Shown: positions 47,025 through 56,023 of the stretch, piece after piece
Layout: each line of letters opens with the position of its first letter
Position numbering within the stretch: position 1 is the first letter of the stretch
Virus record (IMG/VR): IMGVR_UViG_3300036805_000167
Location: 74,778-138,777 of that record
Strand: one strand, 5' to 3'
DNA from: a virus
Lineage: Duplodnaviria > Caudoviricetes
DNA: 64,000 nucleotides
The notes under the pieces: generated by a model
What the model saw: the letters and a program-made list of their open reading frames with translations, nothing else
Databases searched by the model: none
Told to the model about the DNA's origin: nothing
Made by a program: the position numbers and the translations under genes

Positions 47025-47264
47025 ATGCCCCGCAAGACCTTCACCGCCGCCCTGCTCGACGAGACCGGCCAGGTGCTCGCCGCCGACACCAAGTACGCGT
47101 TCAACTCCACGATCAAGGCCAGCGAGGCCCTCGTCCGCGCGTGGGCGCGCGAGCGTGAGGTCTACTGCCACGGTGGACGCCCGACCCGCCAGGGCGACAT
47201 CTACACCCGCCAATGGATCGCCGAATCCGGCGAGCAGCTCACCGCCCACGTGAGCCCAGCATGA
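47025..47264 (+). CDS. Hypothetical protein
   Basis: AAGGAG RBS. Confidence 0.55.
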   Translation: MPRKTFTAALLDETGQVLAADTKYAFNSTIKASEALVRAWAREREVYCHGGRPTRQGDIYTRQWIAESGEQLTAHVSPA

Positions 47265-47422
47265 GCCTCATCGAGCTCGAGCGGGAGCGCCGGGATGATC
47301 ACTGCCCGGCCTGCGGCGAGGGCATCGACTGGGAGAGCGGTGATCACGAAATCCTGGAAAGTGGCTGGTCAGCGCGCTGCTGGATCACGCGGGCAAGCTT
47401 CGATCTTGCGGTGCTCGAGTAG
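47261..47422 (+). CDS. Small Cys protein
   Basis: CPAC motif; coupled to the upstream ORF. Confidence 0.45.
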   Translation: MSLIELERERRDDHCPACGEGIDWESGDHEILESGWSARCWITRASFDLAVLE

Positions 47423-47490
47423 AAGCTGACACTTCCTGTCAGGAGTTCAAGCGGGTAGTCGTTCACGTTGTCAACTCAGCGTTGACGAGC

Positions 47491-47523
47491 AGGGCCCGGC
47501 CTCGTGATTCGAGGCCGGGCCCT
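47491..47523 (+). terminator. GC-rich hairpin
   Basis: AGGGCCCGGCCTCG-tgatt-CGAGGCCGGGCCCT. Confidence 0.6.
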
Positions 47524-47559
47524 CTTGTGCTTTGCTCTAGGGCATGTAGAGTGGTCCCC

Positions 47560-47754
47560 ATGAGCACAGACCAGCACAGCGTCAAGGCCGCCGGCCTCCT
47601 CGTCGGCCACGTCCTCGCCACCGGCCAGACCGTCACCCGCGTCGAGATGTACACCGCCTACGGCCTGCACGGCGGCACCTGGATCGAGTGGACCACCGAC
47701 GACGGCGCCAAGGACTCCGCCCCCGCCTACTCGCTCGTCCACACCGCCTCCTGA
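47560..47754 (+). CDS. Hypothetical protein
   Basis: Leaderless promoter geometry. Confidence 0.6.
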   Translation: MSTDQHSVKAAGLLVGHVLATGQTVTRVEMYTAYGLHGGTWIEWTTDDGAKDSAPAYSLVHTAS

Positions 47755-47816
47755 CGTCGTGCGTGGCGCCCAGCTCGCCTGGGCGCCGCGTTCCCCGCCA
47801 GACCCGACCGAAGGAG
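47747..47816 (+). repeat. Intergenic repeat, copy 1 (stop codon + hairpin + RBS)
   Basis: Near-identical to 48139-48207. Confidence 0.85.
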
Positions 47817-47822
47817 CTCGAC

Positions 47823-48146
47823 ATGCAGACCACTGACATCCGCTACAGCCTCACCCGCCACGACGTCGCGCATGACTGCACCCAGACCGAGGTCCCCGTC
47901 GTCGACTCGCCCGCAATTGGCGCCGCCGCCGCCGCGGCACTGCGCAACCGCGTCAACGACCGGCGGGACGCCGCTGCCGCCCCGGTGCGCTGGTACGCGG
48001 GTGACAGCGGCACATGGGCGGCAGTGACCGACCTGCACCGCCGCGGGCAGCACGACGACGCGCTTGAGCTTGCCAGCTTCCTCTACTGGACCGAACGGCG
48101 CGCTGTCGCCCGGGACCACGTCGTGTGGACGCTCACCACCTCCTGA
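47823..48146 (+). CDS. Hypothetical protein
   Basis: AAGGAG RBS; flanked by the two repeat copies. Confidence 0.6.
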   Translation: MQTTDIRYSLTRHDVAHDCTQTEVPVVDSPAIGAAAAAALRNRVNDRRDAAAAPVRWYAGDSGTWAAVTDLHRRGQHDDALELASFLYWTERRAVARDHVVWTLTTS

Positions 48147-48207
48147 CGTCGTGCGGCGCCCAGCTCGCCTGGGCGCTGCGTTCCCCGCCAGACCGACCCG
48201 CTAGGAG
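48139..48207 (+). repeat. Intergenic repeat, copy 2
   Basis: cctcctgacgtcgtgcggcgcccagctcgcctgggcgctgcgttccccgccagacc. Confidence 0.85.
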
Positions 48208-48216
48208 TCCTGCCCC

Positions 48217-49449
48217 ATGATCACCGATTACCCCACCATCCACGCCGAGGTCCCCGCCGAGCTCCTCGAGCCGACCAGGCCGAAGGTGACCAAGGAACAG
48301 CAGCTGCTCAACGAGGTTGAGGGCGTGTTCCGCAAGTTCATGGCGATGCCCTCCGAGCACGCCTTCACCGTGGCGACGCTGTGGGTGGCCCACACCCACC
48401 TGCGCAGCACCGAAGGCCACTTCCTGCCCCGCACCACGCCCCGGCTCTACTACGGGTCCAAGCAGGCGGGCTGCGGCAAGACCATGGCCATGGAACTCAC
48501 CACGCTGATGTGCTTCAACGGCGAGGTCGTCATCGAGCCCACCGAACCCGGCCTGATCTCAAAGATCCACAACGACCACGCCACCGTCGGGCTGGACGAG
48601 ATCGATCTGTTCTTCGGCAACCGCGGCGGGTCGAAGTCCGGCCACCGCGCAGTTATCAACGGCGGCTACAAGCGCGGCACCACCGTCGACCGCGAGCGCA
48701 ACGACGAGACCGAGAAGCGCAACATCCACGCGCCCATGGTGCTCGCCGGCAAGAATGCCAACCGGTTCATGACCGCCGACGCATTCGAGACGCTGCGCAC
48801 CCGTTCGATCGCCGTGCTGCTCGAGCGCAAGCCTGTCGGTACCGAACTCGCCAAGTACCGCTCCGACCGCCACGAAGGCCACCTGCGCAGCATCGCGGCC
48901 CGCCTGGCCCGTTGGGGGCAGCACTTCGGCAAGCGGATCACGTGCCTCGACGTCGAGCCGCTGCTCGACGCGCTGGGCATCGACAACCGCGACGCCGAGG
49001 TCTGGAACCCGCTGTTCCAGCTCGCAGCCCACGTCGGTGGCGACTGGCTCGACCGCATCGAGGCTGCCGCCAAGGCATTGACCCTGGGCGACTGGGGTCC
49101 CGACGAGACGCCGGTCCTCTCGCCGGCCGAGGACCTCCTCAAGGCCGCTGCGGACGCTTTCGGCGACGACGAGGACTTCCTGTCCACCTCCGAGCTCTTG
49201 CGGCGCCTGCTGACCGCTGAAGGGTCGTGGTGGACCGAGGAGTGGTCGACCCCGCGGGCGGCGGCGATGGACCTGGCGACCACGCTGGGCACCTTCGGCA
49301 TCGAGGCGAGCCGCGGCTACGTCGACGGCAAGCAGGCCCGGGGCTACGCGCTGAGCGCCCTGCAGGCGGCCCCGGACGACGAGGACGAGGACTGGGGCGC
49401 CGAGTCCGCCGCTCCGGCAGAGTGGGACTGGAGCGGCATCGACGACTGA
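48217..49449 (+). CDS. DUF3631-like P-loop ATPase (replication-associated)
   Basis: TLWVAHTH, TPRL, GCGKT, LDEID, INGGYKRG, TRSI, NRDAEVW.PL, C-terminal ARGY. Confidence 0.8.
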   Translation: MITDYPTIHAEVPAELLEPTRPKVTKEQQLLNEVEGVFRKFMAMPSEHAFTVATLWVAHTHLRSTEGHFLPRTTPRLYYGSKQAGCGKTMAMELTTLMCFNGEVVIEPTEPGLISKIHNDHATVGLDEIDLFFGNRGGSKSGHRAVINGGYKRGTTVDRERNDETEKRNIHAPMVLAGKNANRFMTADAFETLRTRSIAVLLERKPVGTELAKYRSDRHEGHLRSIAARLARWGQHFGKRITCLDVEPLLDALGIDNRDAEVWNPLFQLAAHVGGDWLDRIEAAAKALTLGDWGPDETPVLSPAEDLLKAAADAFGDDEDFLSTSELLRRLLTAEGSWWTEEWSTPRAAAMDLATTLGTFGIEASRGYVDGKQARGYALSALQAAPDDEDEDWGAESAAPAEWDWSGIDD

Positions 49450-49463
49450 CCCCGCGCAAGGCG

Positions 49464-49498
49464 AGAAGGGCCCCGCAGCATCGCTGCGGGGCCCTTCT
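49464..49498 (+). terminator. Intrinsic terminator-like hairpin
   Basis: AGAAGGGCCCCGCAGC-atc-GCTGCGGGGCCCTTCT. Confidence 0.8.
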
Positions 49499-49510
49499 GC
49501 TGTCTGCGGA

Positions 49511-49623
49511 CAAGACAACCTTGCGTGAAGCAAGACAACCTCGCTCGAGCAAGACAACCTTGCGTGAAGCAAGACAACCTCGCTCGAGCAAGACGACCTT
49601 GCGTGAAGCAAGACAACCTTGCG
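49511..49623 (+). repeat. Iteron-like array: six CAAGACAACCT cores in alternating 20/19-bp units
   Basis: Spacers alternate TGCGTGAAG and CGCTCGAG; one core carries a single substitution. Confidence 0.9.
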
Positions 49624-49667
49624 GGGGCCCTCTTGCGTTCCCGGCCCCACCGTGTATGCTCTAGAGC

Positions 49668-50156
49668 ATGAGCACCGACCAGTACACCGTCACCAGCAAC
49701 GTCCTGCGCGCCGAGCTGCGCCTCACGCTCGACGATGGCGACCCGTGGGGGTCCGCGATGGGCTGGGCGTTCGCGCTCGGCGAGTGCCTCGCGGTGATGC
49801 GCTACGACTACGACGAGGACTTCCCAGCCAGGCCCCCGCACTTCGGTGCGGGGGCTCTCTTGCGTTCCCCCCAACGATGCTCTAGAGTATGGGATATGCA
49901 GATCAACGTAGTCCGCCGCTCCGCCCTCGCCCAGCTGGCCGTGCTCACCATGGCCGCCCCGATCTGGATGCTCTGGTGGATGCTCAAGATCGTCTTCCTC
50001 GGCCTGGTCGTGCTCGGCAAGGTGCTCGCCGTGATCTTCGGCGGCGTCTACGACCACATCGCCGCCCGCCGCGCCGGCACCACCGTGGCCGAGCTCAACG
50101 ACGCGGCCGACCAAGCCGCCAAGCACCGCCAGGCCGCCGTCTCGAACCGGCGATGA
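49668..50156 (+). CDS. Hypothetical protein; probably a gene remnant (49668) in frame with a membrane protein starting at 49896
   Basis: A second copy of the promoter lies inside the ORF at about 49848-49895. Confidence 0.5.
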   Translation: MSTDQYTVTSNVLRAELRLTLDDGDPWGSAMGWAFALGECLAVMRYDYDEDFPARPPHFGAGALLRSPQRCSRVWDMQINVVRRSALAQLAVLTMAAPIWMLWWMLKIVFLGLVVLGKVLAVIFGGVYDHIAARRAGTTVAELNDAADQAAKHRQAAVSNRR

Positions 50157-50307
50157 GCCGCCGCGCGCTGGTCTGGCCGCTGCTCGGCCTCGGGCTCGGC
50201 CTGGCCGCCGACTGGCTCTGCGCGATCCTCCCCGGCCTCGCCGGTTGACTCGTCAAGCTTCCCCCTCGTGCGTGCGTGCGCGACGCGAGCAGGCACACCC
50301 ACCCCGC

Positions 50308-50340
50308 AACGGCCCGTCAGCGAAGCGCTGACGGGCCGTT
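50308..50340. terminator. Hairpin between convergent genes
   Basis: AACGGCCCGTCAGCG-aag-CGCTGACGGGCCGTT. Confidence 0.75.
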
Positions 50341-50384
50341 CGGCGTTCCCGGGTCTCCCAGGGCCACCGGGCGCCGTGCGGCCG

Positions 50385-50678
50385 TCAGCGAAGCGCTGCG
50401 GCGCCTCTACGGGCCCCGCCGAACGCCTTGGCCTTGGCTGCCTCGTCCATCTCCGGCCCGCGCCACATCTCGTCACGGAAGAACATCACCCGCTCGCCGG
50501 CATGCGCCCCCGACTGCTTGACGATCTCGGCGGGCTCGAGGCAGCGCCCGTGCTCCCCGGCGGCCACCCGGTGCGCGTCGAACAGCCCCACCGACGCGAA
50601 GGTCCGGTGACAGCTCGAGCAGTGGGCCGCTCCCAGCGCCGTCCAGCCCGTCTCACACCCGTTGCAGGTGATGCTCAC
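50385..50678 (-). CDS. FDxHR-type phage Zn-binding protein
   Basis: HCSSCHRTF....FDAHR...C. Confidence 0.75.
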   Translation of the reverse strand: MSITCNGCETGWTALGAAHCSSCHRTFASVGLFDAHRVAAGEHGRCLEPAEIVKQSGAHAGERVMFFRDEMWRGPEMDEAAKAKAFGGARRGAAALR

Positions 50679-50889
50679 GTCCCTGACACCTCCACTTTGC
50701 CCGCGCCTGCCGAATCTGAGCGACTTTCTCGCGTCCCGAGGGTCAGGACACCGGGGAGCACCTCCGCGAGCCTCTCAGGCCGTCTCAGGCTCTCGAGAAC
50801 CCGCCGGCCGAACCCCTTGCCCCCTCGAGTTGCATGCGCTAGAGTATGGCTATCGGCAAGCGAGAGGCTCAGCCTCCGGCCGATCCCCC

Positions 50890-51273
50890 TCACGTGTACC
50901 CACGCCGTGCGGTCCGGGCGTGCTCGCTCGACGACCTCGCCGCCAGCACTTCACGAGCCCTCGCCTCGCCTGCCTTCTTGGCCGCTTCCTCATCGACCGG
51001 CCAGCCCAGGTCCATCAGGGTCCGAGCCTCGACCATGATCACCAAGGTGTCGTCGTCCGGAACCGCGGTGTGCACCTTCGCGGTGTCCAGCCCCGCCCGC
51101 TTCGACCACTGCCGGAAGCTCGACCGCTTCGACGACACCGACACCGACCCGTCCAGGTCGACGCCGCGCTTGAGCTCGTGGGCCTGCCCGTCGCAGTAGG
51201 CCCGCCAGTCGTTGAGCGGGCCACGCAGCGACTTCTCGCCCCACACCTTGTCCGGGTCCACGATCCGCGACAT
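50890..51273 (-). CDS. Hypothetical protein
   Basis: GAGGAGG RBS. Confidence 0.6.
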   Translation of the reverse strand: MSRIVDPDKVWGEKSLRGPLNDWRAYCDGQAHELKRGVDLDGSVSVSSKRSSFRQWSKRAGLDTAKVHTAVPDDDTLVIMVEARTLMDLGWPVDEEAAKKAGEARAREVLAARSSSEHARTARRGYT

Positions 51274-51339
51274 GTTCCAGCCCTCCTCAGGTCCTGTTGA
51301 CTCCACTCTAACGCTCTAGAGCGTTCAGCGCAAAGCTGG

Positions 51340-52005
51340 TCACGTCGGCATCGGAGGCGATACCGCAGGGCAGCCGTTGCCGTGCTCCTCATCGGACAGC
51401 GTTTCGCCGAGGTGGCTCTTGAGCTCGCCAGCCTTCACCGAGCGCAAGCCATCGGAGCGATCAGCGAGCAGGCACCCGCTCAGCGCCCACTTGGCCCCTG
51501 GGCGCCGGTAGACCGCACAGGCCCACACGCCATCGGAGGGCTTAGCCGCCCTGACGACCGCTGTGGCGGTCGCAGGACCATCCTCGGGCTCAGGACCCTC
51601 GGAATAGGTCACCAGCGTCTCCCAGCCCGCCTGAGAGGCCAGTGTGGCGATCCTGCGGGCACCGGCGGGAACCTCATCGGAGACCGCTTCCCGTCCCGGC
51701 GTCTTCGGAGCACCTTTCGAGCGCCACCGCTTGGCCACCGGCTTGTCCCACGCCCTCGGCGCCGACCAGCCCGCGCCATCGGAGCGCCGATCCCGCGGCG
51801 GGTACGCGGCGATCTCCGCCGAGCGCACCCGAGCGCAGACGTGGAGCCCGAGCGCCGGCAGTCGCTCACACCGCGGCGAGCATCCCTCGCACGTCGGCAT
51901 CGGCTGCGATCGGACCTGCCGCATCGGAGCCGCTTCCTCGGCTTCCTCCTGGCGCCGCAGCAGCTCCGCCGAGATGTCGACGATCTCGGGGTCGTCATCG
52001 CTCAT
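51340..52005 (-). CDS. Hypothetical protein
   Basis: Open frame coupled to the upstream ORF; Cys cluster. Confidence 0.5.
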   Translation of the reverse strand: MSDDDPEIVDISAELLRRQEEAEEAAPMRQVRSQPMPTCEGCSPRCERLPALGLHVCARVRSAEIAAYPPRDRRSDGAGWSAPRAWDKPVAKRWRSKGAPKTPGREAVSDEVPAGARRIATLASQAGWETLVTYSEGPEPEDGPATATAVVRAAKPSDGVWACAVYRRPGAKWALSGCLLADRSDGLRSVKAGELKSHLGETLSDEEHGNGCPAVSPPMPT

Positions 52006-52309
52006 CGGAGAGCCCTTCGCCGAGGGCTTGCTTCCACGCCGTCTGGAATGCCGCTAACGGGTCCATCGCCCAGACGAGCTGGAAAGCCCCGTACCCCTCG
52101 GCGACCTTCTCGTCGTCCCCCAACTCCCTCGCGGTCACCGTCTCAACGACATCCCGCTCGCGGACCGTCAGCTCCCCGACGCCGAAATGTCCCGACAGCC
52201 ACGAATACAACGCCAGGGTCACCACGCCATCGGAGCGCTCGACGACCTCCCCCACTGGGCACCGACCATCGGAGAGTCCGAGTGCCATCACGGGTCGCTT
52301 CTCGTCCAT
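51995..52309 (-). CDS. Hypothetical protein
   Basis: AAGGAGG RBS before MDEKRP. Confidence 0.55.
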   Translation of the reverse strand: MDEKRPVMALGLSDGRCPVGEVVERSDGVVTLALYSWLSGHFGVGELTVRERDVVETVTARELGDDEKVAEGYGAFQLVWAMDPLAAFQTAWKQALGEGLSDER

Positions 52310-52349
52310 CAAAGCCTCCTTCGTTGATCTTGTTTTCGAGGGTCTTCCG

Positions 52350-52556
52350 TCTGACACCTGACGGCCCTGACAGGTGAGGGGGCTCTACGAGACCCCCTCA
52401 CTCAACCTGTCAGCAAAGGGCAGGGGTTACCTGTCAGCACCTGTCAGCACCTGTCAGCCCAGCTCAGTAGGGGTGTCAGCTACCTGTCAGCACCTGTCAG
52501 AACCACCTGTCAGCAAGGGTGTCAGCACCCCTTGCTGACACCCCTTGCTGACAGGA
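52350..52556. repeat. Iteron-like (CC)TGTCAGCA array; candidate replication origin
   Basis: About nine direct TGTCAG copies flanked by inverted CTGACA copies, directly downstream of the primase-helicase gene. Confidence 0.8.
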
Positions 52557-52580
52557 CGAATCGGACACAGTTGTGGATCT

Positions 52581-54911
52581 TCATCGGAGATCGTTCCGCG
52601 CCGTCCAGACGTGCCGTCCGGTGGTGTTCTCGACCTTCCCGTCGGAGCCGTCTTTCCCGTCCGCAGGCGCGAGATAGCCCATCGCTCGAAGCGCCGACCA
52701 AGCTCGACGAACCGCGGGCTCGGAGTGTCCGCGACCCTTTCCGAGCCGAGTGACCGACAGCGCCGAGCTGGCCTGCACCCGCGAGACCCCGATGCCATCC
52801 GGGTCGGCAAGCCCAGCGTCGTGAGCCATGAACTTGGCCAGGTCGGGCACCGCGGCCTTGCCTGGTCCGTCGTAGTCATCGACGGCCCCGGGCATCGGAA
52901 GCTCAGCGGTCATCCATCTGCGCTCGACATCGCCCGGCAGTTCTCTCGGCGCGGGCAGGTCGACGTCGTCGCCCATCGGAAGCAGCACCGCGGCGTCGGT
53001 TCCGTCGGCCAGCGGGTGGTGGCGGAGGAAGAACTCCCATGTCTGTCCCGCCTCGCGCGCCTTGTCGCGGGTGACGCGCACGGTGACCTTGGGCGGGGAC
53101 TGCTTGTCGTTCTCGACGAGCGCCTCGGTGTCCATGCCGCCCTCGGTGGAGTTGCCACCGCGGGCCCGGTCCGGAGCGGACAGTCCGGTGTGGTCGACGA
53201 GCAGCACGCAGCAGCCGGTGGCCTCGCGGATGGTGTCGAGCGCGCGCAGCATGGAGCCGTTGTCCTCGGCGTCGTTCTCGTTGCCGACCATCATGCGGTT
53301 CTTGGTGTCGAGGATGACCAGGTCGACACCCTCGTCGACCACGGCGTCGATGAACGGCCGCAACGCCTCCTCGAGCAACAGCACCTTGTGGGGCACCGCG
53401 CGGAACCACCCGCGCAGCTCGTCGGCCTTGACCTGGTGGCGGTCCATCCACGCCTGGGCGCGCTCAGTGTTGACCGCCTCACCTTCGGCCATGATGTAAG
53501 CGACCTTGCCGCGCTCCATCGCCGAGCCGTTCCACTCCCACCCCAGCGCCATGCGAAGCGCCAGATCGATGGACACGAACGACTTGCCGCATCCCGGAGC
53601 TCCGAAGATGCGTGACAGCGAGTTGCGGTAGAGCAGACCTTCGACCAGCGATACCGGTCGGGGTCGAGCGAGGAACTGGTCGATGTCCAGGATGGTCAGT
53701 GGCGGCGCGTTCTCGGTCGCCAGCCGCTTGCGGGCCTGTTCCTTGATCCGCAACGAGTGGTACTCGCGCTCGACCTCCTTGGCCTCGCGCGCGGCTGCGA
53801 GCTCGGCCCGCTCCTCGTCGGTGAGCTCGCGCGGTTCGGGTGCCGGAGTGTCATCGGAGGGCTCATCGCCGGCTGGGGCGTCGATGCCCTCCCAGGGCAC
53901 CTGGGTCGTGGGCGTATCTACCCACGGGTCCTGCGTGGTTCCGAGCAGCGCGTACGGCAGCTCGCACGGGTCGCCGTCGCCCTTGGCGTCGTCGTACTGG
54001 GCGGCGGCCTTCTTGTCCACCGCGCCGAACAGGCTGCGTCGCCACTCGTCGGCAGCCACGCCCCCACCGTCGCGCCGGTCGCTGACCTCGGCCAGGAATT
54101 CGGCGCGCAGCTCACTGAGCACGCTGCGCAGCCCTTCGTGCCCGCTCGCTGCCAGTCCCACGATGCTCATCAGTCCGGACAGCGACTCGTGGGCGCCTTC
54201 GATCATCTCGGCGCGCATCGCGTCGCGCGCGCGCACCATCGCCGAGCATGGCTCGCTACCCAGGTAGTGGCCGGCGAGCCACGCCTCGATCTCCTTGTCG
54301 GACATGTCGGCCCCTGTGTAGGCGGTGTGCTCGCGTCCTTCGGTCAGTCCGACGACCCAGGCCCAGGGCAGCTCGGGCAGGTCTTCGGCCCGCGGCGGGG
54401 TCAGTGACACCGCGCCGTCGGGGTTGATCCATCGATAGGCCCGTTCGGTGTCGGGGTGGATCGAGGGCGGCACCACCGCATACCGGTGTCCGCGGTGCAC
54501 GGTCTCGATCGCCGGGCCGACCTTGCCGGGCCAACGCAGTGAGTTGCCCCCGCTCGACACCGGCACGCGGTAGAGCCGAATGCCGGACACCCCGTCATCG
54601 CGCGAGGTGGTGCGCCAGGTCGGCGGCAACTCCCCCCAGGCGCGCTCACGCAGCTCGAGAGTCTGGCCGCCGATCTTGTTGCCGTAATCGTCGACGTCGA
54701 TACCGAGCACGCCGTCGGGTAGGTGTAACGCGACGTTGCCGTCGCCGCGATCCTCGGCCCAGGCCATGACGTCGGGGAACGAGGGGAAGATGCCGTCCCA
54801 GCCGGTGTAGCCGGTGGGGGGCCAGGTCTTCTTGCCCGGCGGTAGCGGGATGACTCCTCGCCAGCCGGCGTTCCAGTAGTCGCCGGCGGCTTGCGCATAG
54901 GGGCCGGTCAC
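52581..54911 (-). CDS. Bifunctional primase-polymerase / AAA helicase
   Basis: GW..IPL..GKK, LGIDVDDY, VVPPSIHP..Y.W; GAPGCGKS, YIMAEG, LVILDT, VDHTG, RARG. Confidence 0.9.
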   Translation of the reverse strand: MTGPYAQAAGDYWNAGWRGVIPLPPGKKTWPPTGYTGWDGIFPSFPDVMAWAEDRGDGNVALHLPDGVLGIDVDDYGNKIGGQTLELRERAWGELPPTWRTTSRDDGVSGIRLYRVPVSSGGNSLRWPGKVGPAIETVHRGHRYAVVPPSIHPDTERAYRWINPDGAVSLTPPRAEDLPELPWAWVVGLTEGREHTAYTGADMSDKEIEAWLAGHYLGSEPCSAMVRARDAMRAEMIEGAHESLSGLMSIVGLAASGHEGLRSVLSELRAEFLAEVSDRRDGGGVAADEWRRSLFGAVDKKAAAQYDDAKGDGDPCELPYALLGTTQDPWVDTPTTQVPWEGIDAPAGDEPSDDTPAPEPRELTDEERAELAAAREAKEVEREYHSLRIKEQARKRLATENAPPLTILDIDQFLARPRPVSLVEGLLYRNSLSRIFGAPGCGKSFVSIDLALRMALGWEWNGSAMERGKVAYIMAEGEAVNTERAQAWMDRHQVKADELRGWFRAVPHKVLLLEEALRPFIDAVVDEGVDLVILDTKNRMMVGNENDAEDNGSMLRALDTIREATGCCVLLVDHTGLSAPDRARGGNSTEGGMDTEALVENDKQSPPKVTVRVTRDKAREAGQTWEFFLRHHPLADGTDAAVLLPMGDDVDLPAPRELPGDVERRWMTAELPMPGAVDDYDGPGKAAVPDLAKFMAHDAGLADPDGIGVSRVQASSALSVTRLGKGRGHSEPAVRRAWSALRAMGYLAPADGKDGSDGKVENTTGRHVWTARNDLR

Positions 54912-55021
54912 GAGCGGACGGCCCAGGTCAACGACGCCGAGCCCTGAACGTTACGTTCAGGATGATAACGATTCGGACACGTCACAGGTGTCCCACTGGC
55001 ATCATGGCTACTGTCGGCCAT
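54908..55021 (-). CDS. 37-aa leader ORF coupled to the primase gene (not in the ORF track)
   Basis: AAGGAG RBS; its TGA overlaps the primase GTG. Confidence 0.4.
   Translation of the reverse strand: MADSSHDASGTPVTCPNRYHPERNVQGSASLTWAVRS
54943..54961. promoter_or_regulatory. Perfect inverted repeat CCTGAACGT-t-ACGTTCAGG
   Basis: Lies about 30 nt upstream of the primase start. Confidence 0.5.
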
Positions 55022-55226
55022 AGCCGCACTCCTTCGTTAGGGCGATGGGTTGGCCACCGAGGCGGAGCACCGGGTCAGGGTGCTCCGCCTCATTTATGTC
55101 TTGGGGGTCTTGCTCGCGTGCTCCGGGGTCAGGGGAGCTCGCGCCGACCGGGGAACGCCATCTTGCTCCCGCTGGCTCAGGAGTGGAACAGCCCGCCCTC
55201 GCGGGTGGGCCGCGTCAGCTCGACGG

Positions 55227-55412
55227 TCATCGCTCGTCGCCGGTCAGTCGCGCAACCTCGCTGGCGGGGATGAACCACGCGCGGCCGAGCTTGGTCGCGC
55301 GGATCTCTTCTCGCTCGATCGCGCGGAGCACGGTGTTCCTGCTGACTCCCATGAGGTCCGCGAGCTCGTGCACGCGCATCGGCGGCCGGGCTTCGGTCGG
55401 TGGACTGGTCAC
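55227..55412 (-). CDS. Excisionase-like HTH_17 DNA-binding protein
   Basis: RVHELADLMGVSRNTVLRAIEREEIRATKLGRAWFIPASEV. Confidence 0.85.
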   Translation of the reverse strand: MTSPPTEARPPMRVHELADLMGVSRNTVLRAIEREEIRATKLGRAWFIPASEVARLTGDER

Positions 55413-55540
55413 TGCGCATCTCCCTCGGTCGCATCTTGTGTGGCCTAGAGAGTAGCAGTGCTTGTCTCTGGTGCCTAGTGGTGGTATCGTTCTCCTCGCA
55501 CCGGCCGAGCGGCCGGACCGCAGCACGAAGGGACACAGCA

Positions 55541-56023
55541 ATGACTGCAGACATGTCGAGCTTCCTGCTAGGGGGCTCGGGCGCGCCGTCGCTCAAGTTC
55601 ACGACCCCCGGCGATGCGCACACGCTCTCCCTCACGGAAGAGCCGACCCTGACCCAACAGACAGAATTCGGAACGGGCGAGCTCAAGTACTGGAAGGACG
55701 GCTCGCCGCGGATGCAGCTCGTCTGCACCGGTAGCGTCGACGAGTCCGAGCGCGACGGCGCCGATGACGACCTGACTCGCAGGCTGTACCTGCGCGGAGA
55801 GTCTCAGAAGGCCGTCGGGGCGGCCGTCCGTGAGGCCGGCGTCAAGACTCTCGAGGTCGGCGGCGTTATCTGGATCAAGTACACCGGGGACGGCCAGAAG
55901 GGCACCGGCGGCTTCGCTCCGAAGCTCTATACCGCGAAGTACAAGAAGCCGGAGCCCGGCCAGAGCGCTCAGGCCAGCTTCCTCGGGGATGCCAAGGCCG
56001 ACGGGGACAGCCCGCCCTTCTGA
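55541..56023 (+). CDS. ssDNA-binding protein (actinophage type)
   Basis: SLKF...GD, W.DG.P.MQL, KLYTAKY, C-terminal DSPPF. Confidence 0.75.
   Translation: MTADMSSFLLGGSGAPSLKFTTPGDAHTLSLTEEPTLTQQTEFGTGELKYWKDGSPRMQLVCTGSVDESERDGADDDLTRRLYLRGESQKAVGAAVREAGVKTLEVGGVIWIKYTGDGQKGTGGFAPKLYTAKYKKPEPGQSAQASFLGDAKADGDSPPF

Noticed and set aside
49511-49623. Possible CRISPR or mini-array
   Set aside because: Cores are 11-12 bp and the spacers are 8-9 bp, alternating and not unique; no cas operon is present.
55227-55412. Integration module implied by the excisionase-like gene
   Set aside because: No integrase or att site was recognised in the window; HTH_17 proteins are often regulators.
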